DNA of 50,748 nt from Candidatus Aegiribacteria sp. (GCA_046498225.1 JAWOBF010000038.1:1-50748), one strand, 5' to 3'. Numbered from the stretch's first letter, positions 17,250-26,959 are shown. Program-made: numbers and translations. The notes: a model not told the origin generated them from the sequence alone.

Positions 17250-18670
17250 CCCGAAGAATACTGCTTCTGGCCCTGCTGGCCAGAGTGGTTGTGTTCGCAG
17301 CGGCCGGAAGGGGAGTATTCCTCATTGGCGAGGGACGAACCCAGGCCGACCTGGCCATGAACCTTCTCACTGGCAGGGGGTTCATGCTGTCCGCCGAAAT
17401 GCTCAATCCTCCCAACGAGGCCTCAGCGCCGCAACTCTTCAGGAACACTTTCGAGTTCTACAGGAGGGTGGACGGCTACTACGGCGCGATGAGGCCGGAG
17501 AGGCCCACCATTTTCCTGGTCCCCGGGTACGCGTTCTTCATGGCTGGCGTGTTCGCCCTCTTCGGCCCTTACAACTTCCTGGCGGTAAGCGGGGTTCATC
17601 TCATACTGGGGCTGCTGACGGTGCTGATAGGACTTCGCATCGCAGAGCGGTTCCTCAGCGGCCGGTACCTGCTCCTGGCCGGGCTGTTCTTCGCTCTTAA
17701 CCCCTTCGAGCTGTATTACGAGGCGGTGCCGGCCACACAGGCCATTTTCTCGCTGCTGTTCCTGCTCAGCATCCTTCTCACGCTGAGGCTGTTCGAGAGG
17801 GTGAGGGACCGGGACGGGCTCCTCCTTCAGGCCGCCCTGGCGGGAGTTGCCTGGGCCGCGGCCTTCTACGTCCGTCCGGTGGCCATTCCGGTGATGGTGT
17901 GGGCCGCGCTGCTGCTTCCCCTCCTGCCGGTACTCACCAGGGTTCTGGGCGGCAGGAACACGGTGGAGAAAGCCGCGCCTGCAGGCCTGTTCTCCATTCG
18001 AGGGTTTTCGGCCGGTCTCACCATGCTGGGCGTATTCGCGCTGATGATGCTTCCCTGGGGGCTTCGGAACATGGAGGTCACGGGAGAATTCAGAATAATG
18101 CCGGCCCAGGGCGGTGTTAACATCTGGGAGTACAACGGCAGGATATTCACCGACCATTTCGAAGGGGAGGCTCGGGGCGCCACGCTTCTTTACTCCAATC
18201 TCAGAGATGAGTACATGGGGAAGCTGGAATCACCGGAACTGGCTGCGTTCCCGGAATTCAGGGACGAATCCGAGTGGGTGAGGGACAGTATATTGTACGA
18301 CAGGAACATCCGCTTCATGATGGCAAACCCCGGCCTGACCCTGAGACTGATTACCCTGAGGTTCGTGGAGATGTTCAAGCCTTTCCCTCTCAACGCTTTC
18401 TCCCCCCTCTACACCGTCGCGGGGCTGCTCTCCCTGTTCTGGGTGCTGTTCTTCCTGTGGGGCGGAGCAGTGCTGTGCGCCCTGAACCGTGGACCGGAAG
18501 GGTTCTTCCTGGCCACGCTGGTGGCGGGTTATTCTCTGATGCACCTGCTCACCGCAACGGGAACCCCGCACAGAGTGGCGATAGATTCTCCAATGGCGAT
18601 ACTGGCCGCCGTGGGGCTGGAGTATTCCGTAAGGCGATATTCGGCCTGGAGGGAACGGAAGCATGGCTGA
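17231..18670 (+). CDS. Second GT-C fold membrane glycosyltransferase (ArnT/PMT_2-like)
   Basis: Polytopic; A.NL..GRGF, PGY..F.A, YVRP, PWGLRN, GG.NIW..N; paralog-like to 15218-16525. Start placed at ATG 17231. Confidence 0.72.
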   Translation: MERGTLTRRILLLALLARVVVFAAAGRGVFLIGEGRTQADLAMNLLTGRGFMLSAEMLNPPNEASAPQLFRNTFEFYRRVDGYYGAMRPERPTIFLVPGYAFFMAGVFALFGPYNFLAVSGVHLILGLLTVLIGLRIAERFLSGRYLLLAGLFFALNPFELYYEAVPATQAIFSLLFLLSILLTLRLFERVRDRDGLLLQAALAGVAWAAAFYVRPVAIPVMVWAALLLPLLPVLTRVLGGRNTVEKAAPAGLFSIRGFSAGLTMLGVFALMMLPWGLRNMEVTGEFRIMPAQGGVNIWEYNGRIFTDHFEGEARGATLLYSNLRDEYMGKLESPELAAFPEFRDESEWVRDSILYDRNIRFMMANPGLTLRLITLRFVEMFKPFPLNAFSPLYTVAGLLSLFWVLFFLWGGAVLCALNRGPEGFFLATLVAGYSLMHLLTATGTPHRVAIDSPMAILAAVGLEYSVRRYSAWRERKHG

Positions 18671-19685
18671 ACCGCTGCTCCTGGTTAAGACCCATGCCTT
18701 CGGTGACGCCCTGCTCTGCACACCGGCCGCCCGTGAGCTGTCCCGGGAGAGCGGGAAGCTCTGGGTCCTCACAGGACCTTCCGCGGCTCCGGTGTGGGAG
18801 AGATTTCCCGGCATCGGTCGCGTCTTCGTGGCCCCGATACCCTTCTCCGGTCTTGAAGGCGCAGCAGGTCTTCTATCGTGGAGCCTGCGGAACCGGAAGG
18901 AACTTCAGCGGGTTGGGAGGACTGTTGTCCTTCAGGGTTCTCCGAAGGTCCGCAGGTGGGTCAGGTTCCTCACCTCTGCTCCCATGAGGTCATGCGGCGG
19001 GACTTCCCTGGGAAAATGGGAGAAGGTCTTTCCCATGGTGGAGGGCGATTTCGCCGGCAGGGCCTATGCGGATACGGCGGGCGTGGACGTATCCGACTGG
19101 AGACCGGTTTTCCCGGTATCGGAGCGGGAGGCGGACTGGGTGCGGACCCTTGGTCTGCCGCAGCCCCTTTTCGCCGTCGCTCCGGGAGGGGGTAACAACC
19201 CCCGGGACACCGTTCTGGAGAAGCGCTGGCCCCCGGACAGGTTCGCCGAGACGGCGCGGAGGCTGGCGGGAGCCGGTCTGAATGCAGTGCTCCTTGGAGG
19301 AAGCGGCGACCGGAAAGCGGCGGAGGAGATGATGAATGAATGCGGAGTAAAACTGCTGGACCTGACCGGAAGGACCACATGGGGCCAGACCGCCGCCATT
19401 CTCGACAGGTGCGCGGGGTTCCTGGGGGCCGACAGTGGAACCGCGCATCTTGCCACCGCAAGGGGCGTTCCGTCTGCGGTCCTGTTCGGCCCCTCATCCC
19501 CCTCCTGCCTCTTTGCTCCCGGTCTTATCCAGCCGGTGGTCAGCACGGTTGACTGTTCTCCATGCTATTCCAACAGCCTTTTCCCCGGCTGCAGGCACGG
19601 GAGGCCTGCATGCATGGAATCGATACAGGTTGATGATGTATGGACCGCCCTGAAAAAGGTGCTGAATGATAATTACAGCGGTTAA
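18663..19685 (+). CDS. Glycosyltransferase family 9 (heptosyltransferase-like)
   Basis: AFGDALLCTP, PGG...KRWP..F, LTGRT, DSG..HLA.A.GVP...LFGP, C.PC...C...CM. Confidence 0.92.
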   Translation: MAEPLLLVKTHAFGDALLCTPAARELSRESGKLWVLTGPSAAPVWERFPGIGRVFVAPIPFSGLEGAAGLLSWSLRNRKELQRVGRTVVLQGSPKVRRWVRFLTSAPMRSCGGTSLGKWEKVFPMVEGDFAGRAYADTAGVDVSDWRPVFPVSEREADWVRTLGLPQPLFAVAPGGGNNPRDTVLEKRWPPDRFAETARRLAGAGLNAVLLGGSGDRKAAEEMMNECGVKLLDLTGRTTWGQTAAILDRCAGFLGADSGTAHLATARGVPSAVLFGPSSPSCLFAPGLIQPVVSTVDCSPCYSNSLFPGCRHGRPACMESIQVDDVWTALKKVLNDNYSG

Positions 19686-21117
19686 CCCCCCGTTCCTGCC
19701 GGATTACAGCAGGGGACAGAGGAGCCCCGCCGTCACCAGGAGCGGTACGCTCTACTACCCCATCTGGCTCTCCTACGCCGCGGGGGCCCTGGAGCGGGAG
19801 GGACACGATGTGCAGCTGCTGGATGCTCCGGCCGGGGGGCTGGATTTCCAGGATACCAGGGACAGGATAGAGGCCCGTGCCCCCGGGCTGGTGGTGATCG
19901 AAACTTCCACTCCGTCCATAGAGTCCGACGCCGCGTTCGCCGATTCCCTGGCCGGGAGCGGTGCCACGGTCGTGCTGGCGGGTACCCATCCATCAGCCCT
20001 TCCGGAGGCTACAATGCGGCTGGGAGAGAGGTTCCACGGGCTGGTGGTCGGCGAATATGAGCTTCCCCTCATAGGACTCGCCGGAGCGCTGGAAGAGGGT
20101 TCCGACCCCTCGGGTGTAGCGGGCCTCTGCCTGAGGATGCCGGACGGCGGCCTGAAGTTCACCGGCGAAGGGGAGAGGGTGGAGGACCTGGACTCCCTTC
20201 CATGGGTCAGCAGGGTCTACGCGCGTCACCTTGACGTGACCAGGTACAACAACCCCAACGCCCTGCATCCTCAGGTTATGATAATGGGAGGCAGAGGATG
20301 CCCGCACGGCTGCACCTTCTGCGTGTTCCCCCAGACCCTTCAGGGAAGAAGGTTCAGGAGGAGGTCGGTGGCGGACATAACCGGAGAAGTCCTCTGGGTG
20401 CAGGAAAACATGCCGGAAGTAAGGGCGGTGTTCTTCGAGGACGATACCATATCGGCCGACCGCGAAAGACTGCGCAAGCTGGCCGGCTCCTTCATCGAGA
20501 ACGGATTTCAGCTTTCATGGACGTGCAACATGAGGGCGGACGTGGACCTGGAGACTCTCAGGATCTGCGCCGAGTCCGGTCTTCGGACCGTCTGCGTGGG
20601 ATTCGAGAGCGGAAGCGACCGAATGCTGGCCAATATGCGCAAGGGTATCACCACGGACCGGTCCAGTGAATTCATGGAGAACGCCAGGAAGGCCGGAATA
20701 CTGGTCCACGGCTGTTTCATGGTGGGGACCGCGGGGGAGACCGGGGAGACAATGAGAGAAACCCTTGAATTCGCTCTGGAGCTGGACCCGGACACCGCAC
20801 AGTTCTACCCGATGATGGTCTATCCCGGCACCGAGGCGTACAGACAGGCGGAGGAGTCGGGAAACCTGATGGCGAACAGCTGGAGAGAATGGCTGTCCCC
20901 TGAAGGGCTTCACAGCTGCGTAATAAGGACGGACAGCCTCACTTCGGAGGAACTGGTTGACTTCTGCGACACCGCAAGACGAAAGTTCTACCTGAGACCC
21001 GGCTATATCCTGCGAAAGCTGTGGCGCAGCCTGCTGGACCCGGACGAACGGAGAAGGACCCTGAAGGCGTTCTCCACCTTCCGCAGGTACCTGTTCAGAA
21101 GCTCAAGGCGGGATTGA
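19666..21117 (+). CDS. B12-binding-domain radical SAM enzyme, HpnJ-like
   Basis: RGCPHGCTFC (CxxxCxxC), N-terminal YYPIWL, DLDSLPWVS.VY, FEDDT, VGFESG, HGCFMVG, YPGTE. Layout matches HpnJ as recalled. Confidence 0.88.
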   Translation: MIITAVNPPFLPDYSRGQRSPAVTRSGTLYYPIWLSYAAGALEREGHDVQLLDAPAGGLDFQDTRDRIEARAPGLVVIETSTPSIESDAAFADSLAGSGATVVLAGTHPSALPEATMRLGERFHGLVVGEYELPLIGLAGALEEGSDPSGVAGLCLRMPDGGLKFTGEGERVEDLDSLPWVSRVYARHLDVTRYNNPNALHPQVMIMGGRGCPHGCTFCVFPQTLQGRRFRRRSVADITGEVLWVQENMPEVRAVFFEDDTISADRERLRKLAGSFIENGFQLSWTCNMRADVDLETLRICAESGLRTVCVGFESGSDRMLANMRKGITTDRSSEFMENARKAGILVHGCFMVGTAGETGETMRETLEFALELDPDTAQFYPMMVYPGTEAYRQAEESGNLMANSWREWLSPEGLHSCVIRTDSLTSEELVDFCDTARRKFYLRPGYILRKLWRSLLDPDERRRTLKAFSTFRRYLFRSSRRD

Positions 21118-21121
21118 GGCA

Positions 21122-22084
21122 GTGCCCCGGAAAGACGTGAGCGTAGTGGTACCGGTCTTGAACGACTTCGAAAGACTGGAGGCGTGCCTGGAAGGCCTGG
21201 CCCGTCAGACGGTGAGGGAACGGCTGGAGGTCGTGGTATCCCTGGACGGAGGGGAGCCGCTGCCCGAAGACCTGGCCGCGATGACCGACCTGGTGGTCCA
21301 TGGGGAGCACGCCGGCCCCGCCGCCGCAAGGAACAGGGGCTGGAGGGGTTCCGGCGGCAGGTTCGTCCTGTTCACCGATGCCGACTGCGTACCGGAGGAC
21401 AGCTGGGCGGAGGAGATGATCAGGGTCCTGGAGGAGAGCGCCGACGCGGTGAAGGGCGTATACTCCCGGGGCGGGGACGGAATAGTGCAGAGACTGGCCC
21501 AGGTGGAGTTCGAGGAGAGGTACCGGCTCCTGGCGGGGTCCCGCGAAATTGACATGATCGACACCTATTCGGCCGGTTTCAAAAGGAAGGCCCTGGAGGC
21601 CTGCGGAGGTTTCGACGAATCCTTTCCCCTTCCCGACCATGAGGATGTGGACCTCTCATACAGGATGGCGGAGCAGGGTTTCAGGCTGCGATTCGCTCCG
21701 GCGGCGAGGGTATCACATCAGCATAGGAGCACCTGGATGGATTACCTGAGGACCAAGCACGGCAGGGGGAGGTGGAGGACCAAGGTGCTCAGGAGATTTC
21801 CCGGAAAGGCAGGCTCCGATTCCTATACCCCCGCCTGCCTGAGGCTGCAGATAGCCGTGTGTCCGCTGTTCATTCCGGCCCTGCTGCTGGTCCCCCTGTC
21901 CGCCGTCCCCCTGGGTCTTCTGGCCGGGGGATTCCTCCTTTCCACCGTCCCCCTTGCCTTTACGGCGCTCCGGCATGACCCGGCCATGCTTCCTCTGGTC
22001 CCCCTCTTCGCTCTCCTGCGGGCCTTCGCACTTTGTTCGGGGCTGCTAAGGGGTATATTTGGCTCCGAAAAGGAGGCGGAATGA
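21122..22084 (+). CDS. Glycosyltransferase family 2 with C-terminal membrane helices
   Basis: VSVVVP, DG, GPAAARN.G, FTDADC (DxD), GGFDE, EDVDLSYR; hydrophobic C-terminus. Confidence 0.92.
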   Translation: MPRKDVSVVVPVLNDFERLEACLEGLARQTVRERLEVVVSLDGGEPLPEDLAAMTDLVVHGEHAGPAAARNRGWRGSGGRFVLFTDADCVPEDSWAEEMIRVLEESADAVKGVYSRGGDGIVQRLAQVEFEERYRLLAGSREIDMIDTYSAGFKRKALEACGGFDESFPLPDHEDVDLSYRMAEQGFRLRFAPAARVSHQHRSTWMDYLRTKHGRGRWRTKVLRRFPGKAGSDSYTPACLRLQIAVCPLFIPALLLVPLSAVPLGLLAGGFLLSTVPLAFTALRHDPAMLPLVPLFALLRAFALCSGLLRGIFGSEKEAE

Positions 22085-23472
22085 AACTGGCCCCGGCTCG
22101 AAGAGCCGATCGCGTTCTGATGATACTGCTGATCCTGGCGGACCTTCTCACGGTGCCGCTGGTTTTCGCTGTCACCTGGCTGCTGAGGACCCGGGTACTG
22201 GTGAGCTTTCTTCCCGAATTCCACCACCGCCTGGACCTCTACCTCTACGCGCTTCCGGTGGTGGCGGCGCTGTGGGTGTTCGCCTTCGCCAGGACCGGTC
22301 TCTACGCCCCCAGGAGACATCCCGGCGGAATGGGTCGTATTCAGAGACTCCTGCGCGCCTACACCACTCTCCTGGTCTCGATGATGGCCGCCAGCTATCT
22401 TGTGAGGACGGAGTACTCCCGGCTCATGCTGTTCATGTTCATCGGAATAGCCATTCCGGTCACAGCTCTGGCCCGGCACCTGGCAAGGGTGGCGGCCCAG
22501 AGGATAGCGCCGGTAAGAAAGGTACCCAGACTGCTGGTTGTGGGAACCGGCGAAGTGGCCTCCAGAGTCATTAGGTCGGTAAGGAGACTTCCCGGGAACG
22601 CTCCGGAAATTGCCGGTGTGGTCTCCCTGGACGACTCCGCTGAGGAATCCTTCTGCGGGGTACCGGTGGTATCGGACCTTCAGGGCCTCAAGGAGCAGAT
22701 AGACCGGATGGACATCGACGAGGTGTTCTTTTCTGCCCCGGAGCTGGAACACTCGAAGATACTGGAGATCATATCTTCGATGGAATACACGAAGATCCAC
22801 TACAGGCTGGTGACGGACCTGTTCGAGATAGCCCTGGGCATCACCGACATAGACGACCTGGCAAAACTCCCCATAATTGAGATAGGCTACGGCCGGCCGG
22901 GACCCCTGCACAGGTTCACAAAAAGGGCCATGGACCTGGCGATATCAACAATGCTGCTGGTCCTGACCATGCCCCTGATGACCGTCATATACCTCATACA
23001 CCTGGTCAGCGGAAAAGGCTCGCCAATATTCAGGCAGAAGCGGGTCGGACTTCGGGGAAGGGAGTTCACCCTCTACAAGTTCAGGACCATGAAACCGGAA
23101 GCGGACGAGTACGAAGTCGCCCCGGTGACCATGGACGACAGACGGATAACCGGACTGGGCAGATTCCTCAGGAGGACCAGTCTGGACGAGCTGCCCCAGC
23201 TGTTCAACGTGCTCAGGGGCGATATGAGCATGGTGGGGCCCAGGCCCGAGATGCCTTTCATAGTCAAGGAGTACACCAGCTGGCAGAGACACAGGCTGGA
23301 CGTGAAACCCGGCCTGACCGGCATGTGGCAGATAATGGGCAGGAAGGAGCTTCCCCTGCATGACAATCTGGAATATGATTATTACTATATCAGGAACCAG
23401 TCGCTGATGCTGGATTTCACGATACTGCTGAGGACAGTCGCCATAATATTCAAGGGAAGGGGTGCGTACTGA
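22081..23472 (+). CDS. Polyprenyl-phosphate glycosyl-1-phosphate transferase (WcaJ/WbaP-like)
   Basis: KR.MD, FRQKRVG..G..F..YKFRTM, R.T..GRFLRRTSLDELPQLFNVLRGDMSMVGPRP, KPGLTG.WQ. ATG 22081 follows GGAGG. Confidence 0.95.
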   Translation: MKLAPARRADRVLMILLILADLLTVPLVFAVTWLLRTRVLVSFLPEFHHRLDLYLYALPVVAALWVFAFARTGLYAPRRHPGGMGRIQRLLRAYTTLLVSMMAASYLVRTEYSRLMLFMFIGIAIPVTALARHLARVAAQRIAPVRKVPRLLVVGTGEVASRVIRSVRRLPGNAPEIAGVVSLDDSAEESFCGVPVVSDLQGLKEQIDRMDIDEVFFSAPELEHSKILEIISSMEYTKIHYRLVTDLFEIALGITDIDDLAKLPIIEIGYGRPGPLHRFTKRAMDLAISTMLLVLTMPLMTVIYLIHLVSGKGSPIFRQKRVGLRGREFTLYKFRTMKPEADEYEVAPVTMDDRRITGLGRFLRRTSLDELPQLFNVLRGDMSMVGPRPEMPFIVKEYTSWQRHRLDVKPGLTGMWQIMGRKELPLHDNLEYDYYYIRNQSLMLDFTILLRTVAIIFKGRGAY

Positions 23473-24260
23473 CCGGAATACTGCTTCTAGTACTGACCTC
23501 CGCCCAGGTGTTCCCCCGGGGCCCCGAAGCGGTCGGTTCGGCCAGCGGGCCCTATGCCTGGTCCGACGACCCCGCCGGCTGTCTTCAGGCTCCCGCGGGA
23601 CTGGTAAGGATCACCGGCAGCATGTTCACTGTGTATTCCGGGGCAAGCGACGCGGATAACGGCAGTCTGGTGGCGGCGGCGGGGGGAATGCTCGGCGGCG
23701 GCCACTACGGCGCCGGCGCGGGCTGGGTCCGCACCGACACCGGTCCCGATACCCTCATGGCTTCCCTGAGCGCCGCAACCACCCTTAAAGGCGATCCCAT
23801 AGGCTTCATGGAGGGCGTATTCGGCCCCAGCATCTCCGTGGGAGGGACACTGGGCTTCATCTCCACAGATGAAAACGACCTCAATGACGGAAGAATGCTC
23901 TCCGCGGACGTGGGCTTCCAGTTCTCCCTTTTTCCGACAGTGGCCATAGCGGCCCAGATGTCCGGCATAAGGCTGGCGGGGGACAGCCTGCGGTCCAGGA
24001 ACGTGAACTACGGTTTCTCCACCGTGTTCGACAGGAGGTTCCGGGGACATCTCTCCGTCAGCCAGGGCAACCCCGCGGTGGGGTTCGACCTGGGCGTGAG
24101 GGACTGGCTTACCGTACGGTCCGGCTCGGACGGCTCCAGCTGGAACTCCGGATTATCGCTGGAGTTCGACCGGTTCACTCTGGACTGGGCGGTTGTCCTG
24201 GATGATACCGACTGCCGTCAGCTCCTGGGGATCACCGCAGCCTTCGGAGGCGAGCCATGA
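23469..24260 (+). CDS. Putative outer-membrane protein, divergent PorV/FadL-like
   Basis: N-terminal GPEAVGSASGPYAWSDDPAGCLQAPAGL resembles the GARALGMGGA..A...DA.A..WNPAGL motif; beta-strand body. Probable CTG start at 23469; the track uses GTG 23508. Confidence 0.6.
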   Translation: MTGILLLVLTSAQVFPRGPEAVGSASGPYAWSDDPAGCLQAPAGLVRITGSMFTVYSGASDADNGSLVAAAGGMLGGGHYGAGAGWVRTDTGPDTLMASLSAATTLKGDPIGFMEGVFGPSISVGGTLGFISTDENDLNDGRMLSADVGFQFSLFPTVAIAAQMSGIRLAGDSLRSRNVNYGFSTVFDRRFRGHLSVSQGNPAVGFDLGVRDWLTVRSGSDGSSWNSGLSLEFDRFTLDWAVVLDDTDCRQLLGITAAFGGEP

Positions 24261-25501
24261 TGTCATGCCTGATTATCACCCTTCTTCTACTGTCCGGCCA
24301 GGAAGCTGAGGAGGAATTGAAGCTGGATCATTCCGTCCTGGTCCAGGCTCGAGCCTGGGGCGACTGGACCGAGGACAAGATGGTGTCCCTGGACAGCACT
24401 TCGCTGGACGCCGCGTTCTCCGTATCGGTGGAATCGAAGGAACTGGACCTGCTCGCGGTCGCAGCCGTGGACGGCGGCGAACCGGAGGCGGTCGCGCTGA
24501 GACGGGGCAGGTTCTCCGTAAGATGGCCCGGTACGCCCTGGCTGGGCGGAAGCGTACACCTGAATGACCGCCAGCCGTTCATTCCCGGACTTAGGGAGCC
24601 CATTGCGGAATGGGGATGGGTGGATGCGGATTCCATAAGGGGTTTCGGTGTTTCCGGAGGAGGAATACTTGGATTCGAAGCCGAATACCTTCTTCAGCAC
24701 GCAGTGGAAGATACGGTGGAACAGCTCAGCATATTCTCGCCCTGGATGGGCTTCGCGGGTTTCGATTACTACCGGGCGCGGCTGGTTCCCGGTGATTCCC
24801 TGGCGGAGAGCGAGACAGTGGTGAACGTTCTCTCCTTCAGAGGCGACCTGCGTTACGCCAGCCCCTGGCTGGTCATCTCCGGCTCGGACGGGGAGAAGGG
24901 AAGCTGGGCGGTGTCCGGGGAGATGCGGGATTATCGGCCCATCGAAACCGGATGGGGAAAAATAGAACTGGTTCCGGGAATCCATTTCGCCGGCGATTCC
25001 ATCGATCTTCCCACTACTGCCTACGCTCCAGGTCAGAGGGTTTTCACCCTGGGAGCGTTCATGACCTCGCGCAGGTACATGGTCTCCGGAGGCGTCACCG
25101 GCAGGCTGGACCTGGAAAGCGACAGCCTCAGCGGATTTTCGGCTACGGCCAGCATGGTCTCCTCCCGGGGAGTGACCTGGGACCTGGTAGTTGATATCTT
25201 CGCGGACGGCGACCACAGGGGCGCGGTGGGGTCCCGGATATCCGACAGCTTCGCCTCGGCGGGATTATCGCTGGAAGTTATCGACGACAGCTCCCGGGTT
25301 ACCGGAAGCACCTCATATTCCCCCAGGGAGGACGTATGCGCGGAGGTGTCCGTATCCGGCGACCTCGACAACAGCCTTCAGCCGTCCACCGCCGTGGCGG
25401 TGTCCGCAGCCGTCGGGCCGGTGAGGGGACTGATATCGGTGGACTGGGTCTACCATTCCGCGCCCGTTTTTCGAATTGATTTGAGGGGGCTGCTTAAATG
25501 A
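24257..25501 (+). CDS. Hypothetical secreted protein, probable beta-barrel
   Basis: Short signal peptide, alternating beta pattern; overlaps both neighbours by 4 nt. Confidence 0.65.
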   Translation: MMSCLIITLLLLSGQEAEEELKLDHSVLVQARAWGDWTEDKMVSLDSTSLDAAFSVSVESKELDLLAVAAVDGGEPEAVALRRGRFSVRWPGTPWLGGSVHLNDRQPFIPGLREPIAEWGWVDADSIRGFGVSGGGILGFEAEYLLQHAVEDTVEQLSIFSPWMGFAGFDYYRARLVPGDSLAESETVVNVLSFRGDLRYASPWLVISGSDGEKGSWAVSGEMRDYRPIETGWGKIELVPGIHFAGDSIDLPTTAYAPGQRVFTLGAFMTSRRYMVSGGVTGRLDLESDSLSGFSATASMVSSRGVTWDLVVDIFADGDHRGAVGSRISDSFASAGLSLEVIDDSSRVTGSTSYSPREDVCAEVSVSGDLDNSLQPSTAVAVSAAVGPVRGLISVDWVYHSAPVFRIDLRGLLK

Positions 25502-25878
25502 GAAGGTTCATCACGGTTGCGGCGGCCATCGCTCTTCCTGCCCTGTCCGGCTGCGGCCTGCTCACCCCTGTGGAGAGGCCTCCCCTGGAGACGAGAAGCC
25601 TGGTCCTGTGGATGCCCGGCGCCTCTTCCGTGCAGGTTCTGGCGGACTGGAACGAATGGGGGGGGCTTGTCTCCCCGGGTGGAGTCATAGACCCCTCATC
25701 GGGCAGCATGAACAGGACCGCCGACGGGTTCTGGACGCTGGACATCTCCCACCTGGAGACTGGTTCGTACAGATACGTCTTCCTCGTGAACGGCCACAGA
25801 TGGGTTCGGGACGGGTCGAATCCATTGACGGCGGATTACCTGGATGAGACGGTCTCGGTCATTATGATACCCCACTGA
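25498..25878 (+). CDS. Lipoprotein with CBM48/AMPK-type glycogen-binding domain
   Basis: Lipobox LSGC; PGASSVQV.ADWNEW, M....GFW, G.YRY.FLVNG..W..D..NP. Confidence 0.82.
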   Translation: MRRFITVAAAIALPALSGCGLLTPVERPPLETRSLVLWMPGASSVQVLADWNEWGGLVSPGGVIDPSSGSMNRTADGFWTLDISHLETGSYRYVFLVNGHRWVRDGSNPLTADYLDETVSVIMIPH

Positions 25879-25891
25879 ACCTGGAAAGGAC

Positions 25892-26959
25892 GTGAAATTG
25901 GCTTCGGTTAAGTTCAGCGGCGTCAGCAAGACCTACGGCACCGATGTTCTGGCGCTGGCCAAATTCGATATTGAGGTCAGGGACGGTGAACTCCTGGTGC
26001 TGGTGGGTCCCAGCGGATGCGGCAAATCCACAACCCTCAGGGTGCTGGCGGGTCTGGAGGAGCCCACAACGGGCGAGCTCTTCATCGGTGACCGGAATGT
26101 AACCCGCATGAAGCCCCAGGACAGGGACATAGCGATGGTCTTCCAGAACTACGCGCTCTATCCTCACATGTCCGTTTACGACAACATGGCATTCTCCCTG
26201 AAGATGAAGAAGATGGATAACGCTCTCATAAGGAAGAACGTCATGGACGCCGCGGAAATACTGGGCATCTCGAAGTTCATGGACAGGAAGCCCAGGGAGC
26301 TATCCGGAGGACAGAGACAGAGGGTGGCGCTGGGGAGGGCCATAGTAAGGCATCCCTCGGTGTTTCTCTTCGATGAGCCCCTGTCGAACCTCGACGCCAA
26401 GCTGAGGGTGCAGATGCGGAACGAACTGAGCCAGCTGCACACCAAGCTGGGCTCCACCATGATCTACGTGACACACGACCAGGCCGAGGCCATGACCCTG
26501 GGAGACAGGATAGTGGTGCTGAAGGACGGATACATTCAGCAGGTGGATACTCCGCTGGGACTGTACGACAACCCCGTCAACAGCTTCGTGGCGGGATTCA
26601 TCGGCAGCCCGGCCATGAACTTCCTGAACGTCAGGCTGGAAGGACAGGTCCTGACAGCCGGCGGCGTCGACATCAGGCAAACTCCTTTTCAGGAAGTCCC
26701 GGACGGCGATTATCTCTTCGGCATAAGGCCGGAGGACATACGGCCGGCTTCGGAAGACGGCCTGACCGGAGTGGTGGAGGTGGTGGAGACGCTGGGAAAC
26801 GAGAACATCATCTACATGAACTTCGCCGGCAGGCAGTTCGCCGCCAGGTGCGGTCCACGGGTGACGCCCTCACCCGGAGAGGACTTCCATTTCACGATGG
26901 ACACAAACAGGAGCCATTTGTTCAGTGACGACGGGATCAGAATGAGGGTAGATGGATGA
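25892..26959 (+). CDS. Carbohydrate ABC importer ATPase (MalK/MsmX/UgpC family)
   Basis: GPSGCGKST, MVFQNYALYPHM, LSGGQRQR, DEPLSNLDAKLR, FIGSPAMN; TOBE-like tail. Confidence 0.95.
   Translation: MKLASVKFSGVSKTYGTDVLALAKFDIEVRDGELLVLVGPSGCGKSTTLRVLAGLEEPTTGELFIGDRNVTRMKPQDRDIAMVFQNYALYPHMSVYDNMAFSLKMKKMDNALIRKNVMDAAEILGISKFMDRKPRELSGGQRQRVALGRAIVRHPSVFLFDEPLSNLDAKLRVQMRNELSQLHTKLGSTMIYVTHDQAEAMTLGDRIVVLKDGYIQQVDTPLGLYDNPVNSFVAGFIGSPAMNFLNVRLEGQVLTAGGVDIRQTPFQEVPDGDYLFGIRPEDIRPASEDGLTGVVEVVETLGNENIIYMNFAGRQFAARCGPRVTPSPGEDFHFTMDTNRSHLFSDDGIRMRVDG

Noticed and set aside
16506..22084. Conventional hopanoid biosynthesis cluster
   Set aside because: No shc, hpnC/D/E, hpnG, hpnH or hpnN in the window, and the context is LPS/glycan export. 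The rest of the genome is unseen.
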